64,000 nucleotides of DNA from Magnetococcales bacterium (GCA_015231175.1 JADGBZ010000010.1:15048-79047); one strand, 5' to 3'. Positions 43,309 to 55,907 are shown, numbered from the stretch's first letter. Notes: generated by a model from the sequence alone, not told the origin. Made by a program: numbers and translations.

Positions 43309-43509
43309 CAACTGTCTTGACTGTCAAGCAGCTTTTGCTAGGGGGCATGTCCATGTTTTCATGTTTTTTATCATGATGTTGAGAATGGTTAGGAGCTTCC
43401 GCATGCAGGCCGTGAGTGCTACCTTTTTGGGTTTTCCTGCATCGACCAGGCGTTGATAAAAGTGGCGTATGACCGGGTTGAAACGAGTGGCCACCAATGT
43501 GCTCATGTA
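43307..43509 (-). mobile_element. IS110-family element, 3' fragment with intact right end
   Basis: C-terminus YMSTLVATRFNPVIRHFYQRLVDAGKPKKVALTACMRKLLTILN; right end TTGACAGTCAAGACAGTTG-CT. Confidence 0.85.
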
Positions 43510-44195
43510 CTCAACTTTCGCAGTTCGCGAAATGGCTTGGTGGCCTGATTTCCGCCAGATACCCGGGTGAGGCTGGCCCTTTTGTGCTAAAATATTGCTT
43601 GCGAATTCAATATGTCAGCACGAGAAAGGCCGGCCTCATGGATAAGAATACCAGGAATCAGGCAGCATTGCCCACCCCCATGATCGATGACATCAAATCC
43701 TGGTCTTTCGGGACATTCGGGGTAGATGGCGCCGTGTTTGATCTCCTCAAGGAAATGGCCTTTTTGGGCATTTTTTCCCGCCATGGATGGAGCAAGCGCT
43801 CCGGCAAGGATCTGCCCGTCCTGATCGTCCTTCTGATCATACATCCACTGCTGAAGGTGCGTTCCATCCACATTTTCTGTCGCGACCATTTTCTGTCGAT
43901 GTTCAATGTGGGCAAAGATGCTTTTTACCGCTTGTTGCAGCGCGATTTTCCCTGGAGGACGGCCCATTGGGCACTGGTCCAGAGACTCGTTCCCCATTGG
44001 CGGAAACTGGATCTCGGCAACGGCTACCTGGTGGCTGATACCACCATTAAAGGGAAGAGGGGAAACCGGATCGAGGGGGTCTGCTGGCACTACGATCACA
44101 CCACAGGGCGCAAGGTTCCCGGATTCGAGACTGCCCAGTTGATCTGGGTAAATGCCCAGGATGCGTTGGCGTTGGACGCCGCCTTGCGTTTTTCC
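43510..44195 (+). mobile_element. IS701/IS4-like DDE element, 5' fragment (truncated transposase from 43638)
   Basis: Probable terminus CTCAACTTTCGCA; LVADTT...RIEGVCWHYDH...GF...LIW; transposase-like sequence ends at ~44195. Confidence 0.7.
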
Positions 44196-44259
44196 AATTG
44201 TTTTTCATTCTTGCAAGAGTTACAGGCGCTTTCTTGGCTCCTGCTTTTATTTTCTCCAC

Positions 44260-45606
44260 TTAAACATCTTTTTTGTTTGACTTTTTTGGACGATGCAATT
44301 CCATGATTTTCATTCGCCGCCACAAGGTGCTGCGACTGATACCCAACTTGACGGCAGCCACCTGCAATTGCCATCGTGATTCCGTTAAAGTTTGTAAAAT
44401 GGCGTCCCGATCCAGCCCTTCACCAGGTTGATGGCCGTTCTTCAAAGGGCGTCCGCGTTGGCGAACTGGCAGCTGTGGCTGTTTTGGTATTGGCGGGGGA
44501 CGGGCCCGAAACTCGGCAGGCAGATTGGACCATGCCAAAATAGACTGTGGTGCCACGACCATGGCATGCTCCAGCATGTGTTCCAGTTCTCGCACATTGC
44601 CTGGCCAGTCGTAATCCATGATGGTCATCAGTACCTCTTCACTCACCCCTTTGACCGAACGCTTCATGCTTGTGTTGAATTTTGCCAGAAAGTGGTCGAT
44701 CAGTGCGGGCAGGTCGACCTTGTGCTCCCGCAGCGGTGGCAGGTGCATTTCCACCACCTTGAGTCGGTAGTAAAGATCCTCGCGAAAAATCCCTTCCTGG
44801 ATCCGTTTCCGCAAATCGCGGTTGGTGGCAGTTACCACTCGCACATCCACCTGGATGGGCTGACTGTCGCCCACTGCCTCGAAAACCTTCTCCTGTAAGA
44901 CGCGAAGAAACCTTACCTGCATGTCCAGGGGAAGGTCGCCAATCTCGTCCAGGAATATGGTACCACCATCGGCCAATTTAAAACGGCCTGGTTTGTCACG
45001 TATGGCGTTGGTATAGGCCCCGCGTACATGGCCGAACAACTCGCTTTCCAACAGACCAACAGGCAGAGCAGCGCAATTGACCGCCACGAAGGGACGATGG
45101 CATCGGGGGCTGGCGTCGTGCAGGGCACGGGCCACCAGTTCCTTGCCGGTACCTGTTTCACCCGTAATGAGTACGGTGGAATCAACCTCAGCCAGTCGTT
45201 CGATCAGATCGTAGACCCCTTGCATGGACAGACTGGAACCCACCAGTCCGTGATAACCCTGGCGTGTTTTGGTTTCCCGTTCCAGCATGGCCAAGCGACT
45301 TTCATCCCGCACCACCAGGATCATTCCCTGTGTTTTTTGCACAGGATCATGGAAAAGTGAGGCTGTACAATTCAAAACACGTTCCGTGCCATCCTCATTC
45401 ATGACGACCATGCGTACCGCACGTTTGCCTTCACCCTCTTTCCGTGCTTGTTGCAACAGGGGTTCAATCCTGGAAAAAAGCCAAGCGATTTCATCCCGCA
45501 ACAACTGATTCATGGATGAGGGGCTAAGCCTAAAAAGACGAGCAGCCGCGTCGTTGACCTGAATGATACGCCATCCTTCGTCTATGGCGACGATGGCATC
45601 ATCCAC
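44260..45606 (-). CDS. PAS-domain sigma54-dependent Fis-family activator (in-frame TAG just upstream; possibly pseudogene)
   Basis: [52 protein letters not shown]. Confidence 0.85.
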   Translation of the reverse strand: MDDAIVAIDEGWRIIQVNDAAARLFRLSPSSMNQLLRDEIAWLFSRIEPLLQQARKEGEGKRAVRMVVMNEDGTERVLNCTASLFHDPVQKTQGMILVVRDESRLAMLERETKTRQGYHGLVGSSLSMQGVYDLIERLAEVDSTVLITGETGTGKELVARALHDASPRCHRPFVAVNCAALPVGLLESELFGHVRGAYTNAIRDKPGRFKLADGGTIFLDEIGDLPLDMQVRFLRVLQEKVFEAVGDSQPIQVDVRVVTATNRDLRKRIQEGIFREDLYYRLKVVEMHLPPLREHKVDLPALIDHFLAKFNTSMKRSVKGVSEEVLMTIMDYDWPGNVRELEHMLEHAMVVAPQSILAWSNLPAEFRARPPPIPKQPQLPVRQRGRPLKNGHQPGEGLDRDAILQTLTESRWQLQVAAVKLGISRSTLWRRMKIMELHRPKKSNKKDV

Positions 45607-46064
45607 ACCCTAGAAAACGGCATCCATGCGATTTTTCAGCATCTCCTGTTCTCCCCGGAGGCGTTCACACTCATTGAAATCCACAGATGCCCCACATGTT
45701 TCAAAATAAATTTGAATCACTTTGTTTCATGTTACAAAGTGTCCCTTATTTTGAAACAAAAGTACAGCGTTTAACAGTGTGAACCAAGGAAACCACATTC
45801 ATTTTTTTGCCATGTCATTTATACGCAAATATAAACAAGCAAAATAAACGCCAAGAAATATCTATGTATATAATAATTCCATGATTAACCTTTAAAAAAA
45901 TATATTCCTTTTAATTTTCAACAAACCACGTATTTAACCGGCCATGCAAATATAACACAACACGTCAATTCATAACATAATGTATCAATTACTCAGGCGC
46001 TAATTGAGCTATTCTTCGACTTTTGTAGATGATTACATGCAGAGCAAAATTTTTTATTTTATGC

Positions 46065-46081
46065 TTGGCATGCATTATGCT
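46065..46081 (+). promoter_or_regulatory. Putative sigma54 -24/-12 promoter
   Basis: TTGGCATGCATTATGCT (GG-N10-GC) in an AT-rich spacer ~80-110 bp before the kinase gene, divergent from a sigma54 activator. Confidence 0.65.
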
Positions 46082-46160
46082 TTTAGATTGAATAATCATG
46101 GATGTTTTTCTTAAAAGTATTCTTTGAAATATCCACGGCTGGGATCTTGATTCTCACGGA

Positions 46161-49100
46161 ATGAGGCCTTTAAAATTGTCTATAAATATGCTCATGGTAG
46201 CCACCATTCTGGTCGTGGACAGCGATCCGAATACGCTGTCCTTTTTCTCCAGGACATTGGAGGCCAAGGGTCACGCCGTACATCTTGCTCCCACAGCCAG
46301 GCTAGCCATCGCCTTTTTCCGAACCTCAATACCCGATCTGGTGCTGCTGAACGTTAAGATGTCAGAGATCAATGGATACGATGTTTGCAGCCAAATAAAG
46401 GCCATCAAACCGGATGCCAATGTCCCGATCATTTTCATCAGCGATCAGGCCAACCAGGACGACAAAAATAGCGTTTTCGAGGCTGGAGGTGTGGACTTTG
46501 TCACCAAGCCCCTCAGGGCGGAGGAGGTTCTGGCACGGGTGACGACCCACTTGACGTTGAGGTGGGCGCTGCGAGAAATGGGGAAACGGAATACCCTTTT
46601 GGAGGAACACATCAAACGCTGCGAAATTGCGGAGGAGACAAGCCAACAAAGAGAGGTCATGCTCAACCAGAGTGAGACGTGCTTCCGGGGTATTTTCGAG
46701 ACTGCTGTCCATGGTATGGCCTTGGTTTCACCAGCTGGCAAATTTCTCAAGGTCAACCGTGCCCTGTGTGCAATCGTCGGCTATGAAGAAAAAGAGCTGT
46801 TGAACATCGATTTTCAAACCATCATCCACACCAGTGACCTGGACACCGAGTTAGCCTGTGTGCGCCTCATGCAATCGGGCACCTTACCCACCTACCAGAT
46901 GGAAAGGCGCTACGTTCACAAGGATGGCCACGTTGTCTGGGTGTTATTGAGCGTCTCCACGGTTCGGGTCAACAGTGAAAGTGACAAACCAGCCAATTTT
47001 GTGTTGCACGTCCAGGATATAACTGACCGAAAGGGCATCGAAGAGGAACTCCTGGTCACCAGAAACAAGCTGCAAGTGCAAGTAGATTGCATCAACCGTA
47101 TCCAGAGCCTGTACATTGAAGACCAAAACCCGGACACACTCTTTCATACTCTTCTCCTTGAAATTCTGAAACTAACGAACAGTGTTTACGGTTTTATCGC
47201 CGAAACAAGAAAAGATGATAAAGGTGATTCCTACCTTCATGCATTGGCCATTTCCAACATGGCCTGGAACAAGGATAGCAGGGAGTATTACGAGGCCAAT
47301 GACCTGTCCGGAATCTGTTTTGCCAAAATGCGCGGGTTGCATGTCGCAGCACTGGCCAGTGGTGTACCGGTGATCGCCAACGACCCGGCCAACGATCCTC
47401 GCAGCTGTGATCTGCCACCTGATCATCCTGTGCTCAATACATTTCTGGGCATGCCTATTAAGCAGGGGGAGAAGGTCGTGGGTGTGATGGGGATAGCCAA
47501 TCGCCAACCCGGTTACGATATGGCCTTGGTAGATGCGTACCTGGGACCGGTGATGTTGGCTTGCGCACAACTCATTGAAAGGTTCCAGGAACGCGGAAAG
47601 AGAGTCGGGATCGCAAGTAAGGTGATCCAACATGAGGCCATACTTCTCAACAGGGAAGAAGGTGTTATCCTCGTCAATGCCATGGACGAGTCGATATTCT
47701 ACGCCAATGCCAGTTTCGGAAAATTGTTTGACTATGATCCAGACGAGATGATTGGGAAAAATTTTAGAACTGTTAATGCGCCTGCTGATCAAATACCCCA
47801 GGAAATGTCAGCAGAGATGATCAAATCACTCAATAAAAATGGTGTGTGGGCTGGAGAAACCCGCAGTCAAAAGAGGAACGGTTCCGTTTTCTGGTGTCAT
47901 GTAACTGCTTCATTGTTTGAGCATCCGGCGTTCGGAAAGGGTTGGATTTCAATTTATAGGGAGATCAGCGAAAAGAAACAGTTGACAATGGAATTTGATC
48001 AATCATTTTCCCATGTTGACGACCTTTTATGCATTGCGGATACTGACGGCAATTTCCTGTGGATCAATCCAGCCTGGGAAAAATTGTTTGGGTATCCAAT
48101 GGAAGAACTGACCACTAAACCGTTTATCGCATTCATCCATGCAGAGGATGTTGAATCCACCAAACAATCGCTTGTTGCACAAAACAATCAAAATCCAATC
48201 GGCAGCTTCGTCAACCGCTTCTATTGCAAAGGTGGCAATTTCCGATGGCTGGAGTGGCGTTCAATCCTGGTTGGAAATCTCATCTATGCCACCGCAAGCG
48301 ACATAACCGAGCACAGGGCAACCGAGATGATCATGCGCCAACAGGCAGAGGAGCTGCGTCTGTTCTACGATCTGCCCCTTATCGGTATGGCCATCACCTG
48401 TCCTCGTACCAGACGATGGAAGATGGTCAATAACTATCTTTGCCAAATGTTTGGTTACACCAAGGAAGAACTTATCCAACTCACCTGGGCCGAGATGATT
48501 CACCCCCATGACTTGGAAGGTATCCTGGAATGTTTTCTTGATATTATGCAGGGCAAATCCGACAACTGTTCCATGGACTCAAGATTTCTCCGCAAGAATG
48601 GCCAAATCGTGGATATCGTCTTCAATGTTCAGGCCATTCGCAATGATTCCGGCCAGGTGGAACGGTTCTTTGGCACGTTACTGAATATTACCGAACGCAA
48701 ACAAACAGAGGATGCCCTTCGCGAGGAATTGACGAAAAATAAAATGTTTTCTGACATCATGGATAATATCGAGGCCCATATTTACATTAAAAATCGCCAA
48801 CGGAGATATATCTATGCGAATCGCTTAGCTCTTGAACTTTTCCAGTGTTCTGCCGAAGGGTTGATCGAGTCAGGGGATGAAAGATTTTATTCCTCTGGCG
48901 CCACATTGGAGCAGATCGCATCCATTGATAAACGTGTCCTGGAACATGGCGAAACAACCAATGAAACCACAAAGGTTACTCCACTAAGTATTGGCAAAGA
49001 GCGGGTTTACCTGGAAGCCAAGCGTCCGATTTACGACAAGGCAGGGGAGATATGGGGCCTAAGCGGCATCTTCTATGACATCACCGATCAAAGTCGTATT

Positions 49101-50876
49101 GATGAGGCGTTGCGAGAAAACGAACTGAGGTTGAGGGAAATCACCTCCACCTTGGCTGAGGGTCTGTATGTCATTGACCTGCATGGACGGATCACCTTCA
49201 TCAACCCCACTGCCCTGACCATGTTGGGTTGGCGGGAAGAGGATGTATTGGGAAAAAATTCCCAACTTCTCTTCCACCATACCAAAGCCGACGGTACTCC
49301 CGTTCTCGCCACTGATTGTCTGTTGCACGCTGTGCTGACTCAAAAAATCATAGCCACTTCGGAGGGAGAATGGCTCTGGCACCGGGATGGGACCGGATTT
49401 CCAGTTTCCATGACCGCATCACCTATAGTCAACGGTAAGGTGAAAGGAGCCGTCGTGGCCTTCCGGGACATTACCAATCGCAGGAAGAGGGAGATGGACC
49501 TGTGCCAAGCCAAGGAGCAAACAGAAAAGGCCACTCAAGCCAAGAGTGAGTTTTTGGCAACAATGAGCCATGAAATTCGTACCCCCATGAATGTCGTGCT
49601 GGGCATGAGCGATATCTTGCTGGAAACCGATTTGGATCAAAATCAGCGTCGCTATGTGGAGATGATGCACCGTTCAGGAGGTGCGCTTTTGGGAATCATC
49701 AACGATGTTCTGGATTTCTCCCGGATTGAGTCTGGTCAATTCACACTAGTTGACATTCCATTTTCGCCCGGCATCGTTGTGAATGATACGATCCAAATGA
49801 TGCAGCTCTCTGCCGAGCAAAAGAGCAATAATCTAGTAGCGAGTATTGTCGGACAAATCCCCGATGCCATTTTGGGAGATGATAGCCGAGTTCGCCAGGT
49901 TCTCGTCAACCTGATCGGTAATGCTGCCAAATTCACCGACCATGGTCAGATCAAAGTTCACCTGGGTTTCCATCCTCAGGAACGGGACACCTTTCTTTTC
50001 TCCGTTTCCGACACAGGCATTGGTATTGCCACACACCATCTGGAGCACATCTTCAGTCTATTTACCCAGGCAGATTCCAGAATAACCCGGCGATTTGGCG
50101 GAACCGGGTTGGGGCTGGCCATCTCCCGTCGGCTCGTGGAGTTGATGGGAGGACGTCTATGGGTAGAGAGTGAAGAAAAGCGGGGAAGCACCTTCTTTTT
50201 TACTTTGCCGATACGCATCGCTGAAGCATCCACTCTCCCGACCTCGCAGGCACATGATGCCTTGGATATCCCGAATCGGAGCCTGCGCATACTGCTGGTG
50301 GAGGACTCGCCTGACAATCAAGCCCTGTTCCAAATTTACCTGAAAAATTCGTCCCATCAGTTGGTCATGGTCAATGACGGCATCGAAGCGGTGGCGCGTG
50401 TACACGAAGAGTCGTTCGACCTGGTGTTGATGGATATCCAAATGCCCAACATGGACGGTTATACGGCTACCCGAGCCATTCGCCAGTGGGAAAGAGAAGA
50501 AGGGCGTTCCCCTTTGATTATCATTGCTCTAAGCGCCCATGCAGCCATTGGAAAAAAGGAAGAGAGCTTGGCAGCCGGGTGCGATGATCATCTCACCAAG
50601 CCCATCAAGAAACTGGCGCTGCTGTCGGCGCTGAATCGCTACGCCGTACTGGGTGACGTGGATGAGGTGGCAGCAGGTCACCCAGTCCCAGTTTATGACT
50701 CAGCGAATGGTGTCGTGGAAGAAGCACAGGGTACCGCCACTCCCATCACCAATCGTTCGCACCATCGACCAAGGAAGAAAAAAGTCCCATTGCAACTGGA
50801 CCCCAATGTTGAGGCGAACTGTGCGCATCAGGAACCCTTGCTCGCTGCCAGATGTGAGATAGAGGAGCAGAAATGA
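46161..50876 (+). CDS. Large cytoplasmic hybrid histidine kinase (pseudo-REC, PAS, GAF, several PAS, HisKA/HATPase, REC)
   Basis: N-terminal REC has Asn at the phospho-Asp position (DLVLLNVKM); [10 protein letters not shown]; GGTGLGL; C-terminal MDIQMP. Start may be 46188/46194. Confidence 0.9.
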   Translation: MRPLKLSINMLMVATILVVDSDPNTLSFFSRTLEAKGHAVHLAPTARLAIAFFRTSIPDLVLLNVKMSEINGYDVCSQIKAIKPDANVPIIFISDQANQDDKNSVFEAGGVDFVTKPLRAEEVLARVTTHLTLRWALREMGKRNTLLEEHIKRCEIAEETSQQREVMLNQSETCFRGIFETAVHGMALVSPAGKFLKVNRALCAIVGYEEKELLNIDFQTIIHTSDLDTELACVRLMQSGTLPTYQMERRYVHKDGHVVWVLLSVSTVRVNSESDKPANFVLHVQDITDRKGIEEELLVTRNKLQVQVDCINRIQSLYIEDQNPDTLFHTLLLEILKLTNSVYGFIAETRKDDKGDSYLHALAISNMAWNKDSREYYEANDLSGICFAKMRGLHVAALASGVPVIANDPANDPRSCDLPPDHPVLNTFLGMPIKQGEKVVGVMGIANRQPGYDMALVDAYLGPVMLACAQLIERFQERGKRVGIASKVIQHEAILLNREEGVILVNAMDESIFYANASFGKLFDYDPDEMIGKNFRTVNAPADQIPQEMSAEMIKSLNKNGVWAGETRSQKRNGSVFWCHVTASLFEHPAFGKGWISIYREISEKKQLTMEFDQSFSHVDDLLCIADTDGNFLWINPAWEKLFGYPMEELTTKPFIAFIHAEDVESTKQSLVAQNNQNPIGSFVNRFYCKGGNFRWLEWRSILVGNLIYATASDITEHRATEMIMRQQAEELRLFYDLPLIGMAITCPRTRRWKMVNNYLCQMFGYTKEELIQLTWAEMIHPHDLEGILECFLDIMQGKSDNCSMDSRFLRKNGQIVDIVFNVQAIRNDSGQVERFFGTLLNITERKQTEDALREELTKNKMFSDIMDNIEAHIYIKNRQRRYIYANRLALELFQCSAEGLIESGDERFYSSGATLEQIASIDKRVLEHGETTNETTKVTPLSIGKERVYLEAKRPIYDKAGEIWGLSGIFYDITDQSRIDEALRENELRLREITSTLAEGLYVIDLHGRITFINPTALTMLGWREEDVLGKNSQLLFHHTKADGTPVLATDCLLHAVLTQKIIATSEGEWLWHRDGTGFPVSMTASPIVNGKVKGAVVAFRDITNRRKREMDLCQAKEQTEKATQAKSEFLATMSHEIRTPMNVVLGMSDILLETDLDQNQRRYVEMMHRSGGALLGIINDVLDFSRIESGQFTLVDIPFSPGIVVNDTIQMMQLSAEQKSNNLVASIVGQIPDAILGDDSRVRQVLVNLIGNAAKFTDHGQIKVHLGFHPQERDTFLFSVSDTGIGIATHHLEHIFSLFTQADSRITRRFGGTGLGLAISRRLVELMGGRLWVESEEKRGSTFFFTLPIRIAEASTLPTSQAHDALDIPNRSLRILLVEDSPDNQALFQIYLKNSSHQLVMVNDGIEAVARVHEESFDLVLMDIQMPNMDGYTATRAIRQWEREEGRSPLIIIALSAHAAIGKKEESLAAGCDDHLTKPIKKLALLSALNRYAVLGDVDEVAAGHPVPVYDSANGVVEEAQGTATPITNRSHHRPRKKKVPLQLDPNVEANCAHQEPLLAARCEIEEQK

Positions 50877-50877
50877 A

Positions 50878-53133
50878 GTGGACGCTGGGTTTTCAGGATT
50901 TTACGGACCATGTGCATCGGGCGCCCTTTTTGACTGTCGGGGAGAAAATTCATCAAGGAAAGGATCTGTTGAGGTATTGCACCAGCGTATGCACCACCTG
51001 CTGCAAGTTCATGCCGCCCATGCCCTCCAAGCGGCCAACGCAGAACGTCTTCGTCTGTTGATGGAACTGAACCGCCGAGCACGTGAGCTCAACATGCAGG
51101 AACTGTGTGACCAAGCCTTGGAGATCGCCGTGATCCTCACCCACAGCCAAGCCGGTTTTCTAATCCTGTTCAACGAGGATCAAAACACCTTTGCCCAAGT
51201 TTCCTGGAGCAAGGGTTCGCAACAACTTTGCTCCATACCGAGCCGGATTCCCAATCCCCTGGCCGAGGCTGGGGCATGGGCCGATTGTGCACGACAATTG
51301 CGTCCGGTGGTCTACAACGATTATCTGTCTCTGGCGAATCGGAAGGGTCTCCCTGATGGACACTTTCCAGTTTCTCGGTACTTGGGCGTCCCAGTAGTGG
51401 AAGAGGGCAGGATATGCAAGATCCTGGCAGTGTGCAACAAAGTCGATCCCTACAATGATAACGACGTCCAGCAACTTCAGGAGGTGGCGGACAATGTGCA
51501 TGAATTTGTGATGCGCCGACACTGGGAGGAACAATTGAAACAGGCCAAGGAAGATGCGGAAATCGCCAACCGGGCCAAGGCCGACTTTCTCTCTGCCATG
51601 AGCCACGAGATCCGCACGCCGATGAACGGGGTGCTGGGCATGGCCGATCTGGTCCTCTGCACACCCCTGACCGACCAGCAACGCCATTACATCTCGACCA
51701 TTCACCGCTCTGGTCGCACCTTGCTGCGCATCATCAACGATATCCTGGACCTCTCCAAGATTCAGGCAGGTCACCTGGCCCTGGAACTGCTGCGGTTCCA
51801 CCTGGAAGATGTGATCCGGGACGTGGCTGCCATGTTCGTCGAACGAGCCAAGGCCAAGGGAGTGGCCCTGGACATTCAGATTAACCCCGGGGTTCATCGT
51901 CATCTCCTGGGTGATCCATATCGCCTCAGTCAGATCCTGTTCAACTTGGTGGGCAATGCCCTCAAATTTACCGAACAGGGTTCCGTCCGGGTGACGGTGA
52001 ATGGCCTGGAGGAGCGGGATGCGGATTGCCTCTTGCGTTGCCAGGTGACCGACACTGGGATCGGCATGACTCCCGACTATCAAAGTCGGATGTTCCAGGC
52101 CTTTTCCCAGGCAGATCCTTCGATCTCACGCAAGTTCGGCGGCACCGGTCTGGGATTGGCGATTACCAAGCAACTGGTAATCATGATGGACGGGGAATTG
52201 GGGGTGGAGAGCGTCTCCGGCCAGGGTTCAACCTTCTGGTTCACTGCCCGTTTTGGCAAGCAACTGGCGGGGGATCAAGAGAAAATCGCCGCATGGCAGG
52301 AAACCCTTCAACCGCCCATCCCGGATAATTTCCGTTGTCAGGGTCGCATCCTGCTGGTGGAAGACAACCTGGTCAACCAGGAAGTGGCAGTGGCGACCCT
52401 GGAGTTGTTTGGCTGCCAGGTGACGGTCGCCAACAACGGCCAGCACTCTTTGGCTGCCATGGTCAAGGCGACCATCCCCTTCGATGCCATCTTCATGGAT
52501 TGCGAAATGCCCATCATGGATGGTTTCGAGACCACCATGCGTTTGCGTCAATGGGAATCAAAAGCGGGCAAGCCACGCACTCCCATCATCGCCTTGACCG
52601 CCCACGTCATGGAACAAAGCCGCCAGCAATGCCGTGCGGCGGGGATGGACGACTTCATCCGGAAACCATTCAGCCAGGAAGATATGGGGGTCATCCTGCA
52701 ACGTTGGCTGCCCTTTACAAGCGGAAGGGACGGTGCGCCACCATCTCCCATGCTTACCCCCGAACCAGGAGAGGTTGGGTCCGCCGTGCTTCCTGTTTTG
52801 GACCTTGTCACCCTGGGCCACATTCTGAAACTGGTCAGGCAGGGTAATCCAGGCTTGTTGACCAAGGTAGCTACAAGATACCTGATGCAGACGCCGATTC
52901 TGTTCTCTGAATTGGAAAAGGCCCTGACGACAAACGATTCCGAAGGAGTGCGGGTCGCCGCCCATGCCCTGAAATCATCCAGCCTTACCATGGGCGTTGC
53001 CCGTCTGGCTGAATTGGCACGAGCCATGGAGGTGAATCACGCCGACCTGGCCCTGGTGCAACGGCATTTTCAACAACTCGCCCCGACCTTTGGCGAAGCT
53101 CAACAGGCACTGAATGAATTCCTTGCTGCATGA
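50878..53133 (+). CDS. GAF hybrid histidine kinase with REC and HPt
   Basis: [36 protein letters not shown]; start uncertain. Confidence 0.88.
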   Translation: MDAGFSGFYGPCASGALFDCRGENSSRKGSVEVLHQRMHHLLQVHAAHALQAANAERLRLLMELNRRARELNMQELCDQALEIAVILTHSQAGFLILFNEDQNTFAQVSWSKGSQQLCSIPSRIPNPLAEAGAWADCARQLRPVVYNDYLSLANRKGLPDGHFPVSRYLGVPVVEEGRICKILAVCNKVDPYNDNDVQQLQEVADNVHEFVMRRHWEEQLKQAKEDAEIANRAKADFLSAMSHEIRTPMNGVLGMADLVLCTPLTDQQRHYISTIHRSGRTLLRIINDILDLSKIQAGHLALELLRFHLEDVIRDVAAMFVERAKAKGVALDIQINPGVHRHLLGDPYRLSQILFNLVGNALKFTEQGSVRVTVNGLEERDADCLLRCQVTDTGIGMTPDYQSRMFQAFSQADPSISRKFGGTGLGLAITKQLVIMMDGELGVESVSGQGSTFWFTARFGKQLAGDQEKIAAWQETLQPPIPDNFRCQGRILLVEDNLVNQEVAVATLELFGCQVTVANNGQHSLAAMVKATIPFDAIFMDCEMPIMDGFETTMRLRQWESKAGKPRTPIIALTAHVMEQSRQQCRAAGMDDFIRKPFSQEDMGVILQRWLPFTSGRDGAPPSPMLTPEPGEVGSAVLPVLDLVTLGHILKLVRQGNPGLLTKVATRYLMQTPILFSELEKALTTNDSEGVRVAAHALKSSSLTMGVARLAELARAMEVNHADLALVQRHFQQLAPTFGEAQQALNEFLAA

Positions 53134-54182
53134 CCCGGAGGTTGATCACCATGCATGAACTGATCGATGAATTGGCCAATCCCTTGGTGTTGGTCGTGGA
53201 TGACGAGTCCGCGCAAACAGTGTTCATGCGAGCGGCCTTGGAGCAAAGCGGTTTTCTGGTGATAGAAGCGGAGAACGGGGTGGATGGCTGGGAGTTGGTT
53301 CAGAAGGAACATCCGGACATGGTAATCTCTGACGTGGTAATGCCCAGGATGGATGGATTTACCTTGTGCCGGACCATTCGCCAACAGATGGCGCACCTGC
53401 CCGTCGTCCTGGCCACCAGCCTGGATGATCTGGCTTCGATCGATCATGCCTATCAGGTGGGAGCCACTGATTTCATTACCAAACCCGTCAACTGGGTATT
53501 GCTTGGTCATCGAGTGCGTTACATCCTGCGGGCCGCCCACACCGCCCAGGCCTTGGCAGAGAGCAAAATGGATCTGACTCGCACCCGTATGGAGATCATC
53601 CGGCGTCTGGGACAGGCGGCGGAATATCGGGACAACGAAACCGGCCTCCATATTCTGCGCATGAGCCAGTACTCTAGTATATTGGGACGTGCTCTTGGTT
53701 TCTCTCCTTTCGACCAGGATCTGCTGCTTCATGCCTCCCCCATGCATGATGTGGGCAAAATCGGTATCCCCGACGCTATCCTCCTGAAACCGGGAAAGCT
53801 GTCCATCGATGAGTTTGCCATCATGAAACAGCACACCATCTTGGGAGGAAAACTGTTGGATGAAGACCCCTCTCTGCTGCTGCGTACTGCCCACATGATT
53901 TCTCTGACTCACCACGAGAGATGGGATGGTCAAGGCTATCCCTACGGTTTGGCAGGAGAGAATATTCCTGTCATGGGTCGCATTTGCAGCCTGACCGATG
54001 TGTTTGATGCCCTTACTTCCAAACGTCCTTATAAACAACCTTGGAGCGTGGAGGATGCGGTGGATGAAATCCAGCGATGTTCCGGATCTGCTTTCGATCC
54101 CAGCATGGTGCGCGTGTTCGTTGGGATTATTCCTGAAATACTGAAAGTCAAGGATGCCCTCTCAGACATGGTGCAAGTCTGA
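53130..54182 (+). CDS. Response regulator with HD-GYP c-di-GMP phosphodiesterase domain (RpfG-like)
   Basis: REC SDVVMP; [10 protein letters not shown]; [11 protein letters not shown]. Confidence 0.92.
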   Translation: MTRRLITMHELIDELANPLVLVVDDESAQTVFMRAALEQSGFLVIEAENGVDGWELVQKEHPDMVISDVVMPRMDGFTLCRTIRQQMAHLPVVLATSLDDLASIDHAYQVGATDFITKPVNWVLLGHRVRYILRAAHTAQALAESKMDLTRTRMEIIRRLGQAAEYRDNETGLHILRMSQYSSILGRALGFSPFDQDLLLHASPMHDVGKIGIPDAILLKPGKLSIDEFAIMKQHTILGGKLLDEDPSLLLRTAHMISLTHHERWDGQGYPYGLAGENIPVMGRICSLTDVFDALTSKRPYKQPWSVEDAVDEIQRCSGSAFDPSMVRVFVGIIPEILKVKDALSDMVQV

Positions 54183-54211
54183 GATCATGAAGTTGATCAG
54201 GGAGGAAAATA

Positions 54212-54943
54212 ATGGGCAATAATCAGATGGTTTTTGCTGTTGATGGTGATATGGACGCATGGGGATCCCGCCGATTTCAGATGTGCATTCCTGAACAGTT
54301 TCTGGATTTATCCCTGGCAAGGCGTTACTGCCCTGGCCATAACGCATCCGTCAGAGAGGCCGATGGATATCTCATCCTGGATTACTTTCGCAACGAAGAT
54401 GGCGGCAAGGATTGGAAATGGGGCAAACATGGCCAGGGACGCATGATTGATCCGGCTCTGGTACGAACAGACCTGATCCGAGGTGATCTGCGAGTTCTCT
54501 ATTTGGGATGGCTATTAGCGGCACAGGAGGGAGTTTTGAGCAACGATTCCATGGAACCACCTCTGCCTGTCGGCCTTGCTGACATGAATGGCCCCCTGCT
54601 GTCGTTCGTGGATTTTTTCGGAATCGGTTGGGATCTTATCGAAGCTGCTGCTTCCAGCCATGACGCATTTTTGCAACCTCCCTCCAGAGAGGAAATGGTT
54701 TCGAAGATATGTGCCAAATTCGACTACGAGACAGCCTGTTTAGTGTGCGTTGCCTCGAAGGGAAATCCCCCTGTGGGGTTGGAACTGCTCCGTCGTTTGG
54801 CAGCCGTTTCCAGGAAAAAATCGCCGTCCTCAAAGACAACTGACCATCGTAACGTGGGACATATATTGGCCCTGGCAAAAATAAAGGGGCAGAAAAGAGA
54901 CAACACGACCAGGGATAGAAAATGGGGTGGTGTCAACTCTTGA
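54212..54943 (+). pseudogene. Degenerate/truncated hypothetical protein, cut by IS1
   Basis: GDLRVLYLGWL...EPPLPVGL motif recalled from a longer conserved hypothetical family; ends 7 bp before the IS1 terminus. Confidence 0.4.
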
Positions 54944-54950
54944 CCTGTTG

Positions 54951-55790
54951 CGTAGTCCTACACAGGTAAGGATGCATTGTAGTCATGGATAAAATACCAA
55001 ATTGCGCCGATATGGTTCACGAGTTTCTTCGAAAAAGATAGAGTCATTCACACCAAACGTGAAACTCGTTGTCGCATGGTATTATTGAAACGTTCAATAT
55101 TATTGGTTTTACCACTGTCTTTTCCGACTGCTTTGTGACGCTTTTCTGGAATCACAGTTTCATATGAAGACCAGAAATCAGTATAACAAACAGCACACTG
55201 ACGGTAAACGGAGGGGAGTGAATTCCAAAAAGATCTTGCTCCATTCCGGTCTCGCGCTCCAACAAAGACACCTACAATTCGCTTGGAAATCACATCTATT
55301 GCCAACCAAATCCATTGTTTATTGTCTTTATTTTGCACAAACGACCACATCTCGTCACATTCTATGGTAAGTTTCCCTTTGATTCCAATATGTTCCATCT
55401 TGCGAGGAATTGACTCGAATTTGCTATTGACATACGCTTGTAGCCAACCTTCAGAAACACCAGAAACTCTGGCAATACCTGCCAATGAGACTCGTTCAAG
55501 GAGTAATCGATCAATCAATTGTATGGCTTCTTCACTAATCCGGATATTTTTAGGATTTTCAACAAATTGCCTCCCACAATCTCGACATTTGAAATTTTGG
55601 TCACCATGCCTTGTGAGTCCATTTTTCACGATGAAGACCCCTCCGCAACTGGGACAAACCAACCGATCTTTGAGCCAATTCAAAATGGCCGCAATCGCTA
55701 TCCATCCCATGTCTCCGACCTCCATATCGGAAACATGATTTTTACATCAAATCATAACGTTGAGTCCATCCTTACCTGTGAGGCACTACG
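54951..55790 (-). mobile_element. IS1-family insertion sequence
   Basis: 24-bp terminal IRs CGTAGTCCTACACAGGTAAGGATG / CGTAGTGCCTCACAGGTAAGGATG (21/24 identical); no target duplication seen. Confidence 0.88.
54958..55725 (-). pseudogene. IS1 InsAB transposase with internal TGA at 55048-55050
   Basis: CPSC..KNG..CRDCGRQF, DEMWSFV, YTDFW, IERFNNTMRQR; the frame continues after the stop as MTLSFSKKLVNHIGAIWYFIHDYN. Confidence 0.85.
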
Positions 55791-55800
55791 CGCCTGCCCT

Positions 55801-55817
55801 GGGTGCTGAATCGAGAC
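55801..55817. repeat. Isolated repeat terminus (probable right end of the split copy)
   Basis: GGGTGCTGAATCGAGAC; its reverse complement matches 43258-43273 at 13/16, including the CGATTCA variant. Confidence 0.5.
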
Positions 55818-55907
55818 CTCTGGACTTGGATCCGGCAGCATGATCAAATGATGGGTATCGGAACCTTGCCGCCTGCCGAATGTTCCCCCACCTGGAGACA
55901 CAACCCC

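Noticed and set aside
50873-51061. Frameshifted 5' end of the second hybrid kinase (ATG overlapping the previous stop, different frame)
   Set aside because: No clear slippery site or recognisable domain in the short ORF; left as an uncertain start.
45610-55050. Recoding (Pyl at TAG 45610, Sec at TGA 55048)
   Set aside because: The positions correspond to ordinary Gln/Arg-type residues in a decaying island and no recoding signals were seen; nonsense mutation is simpler.
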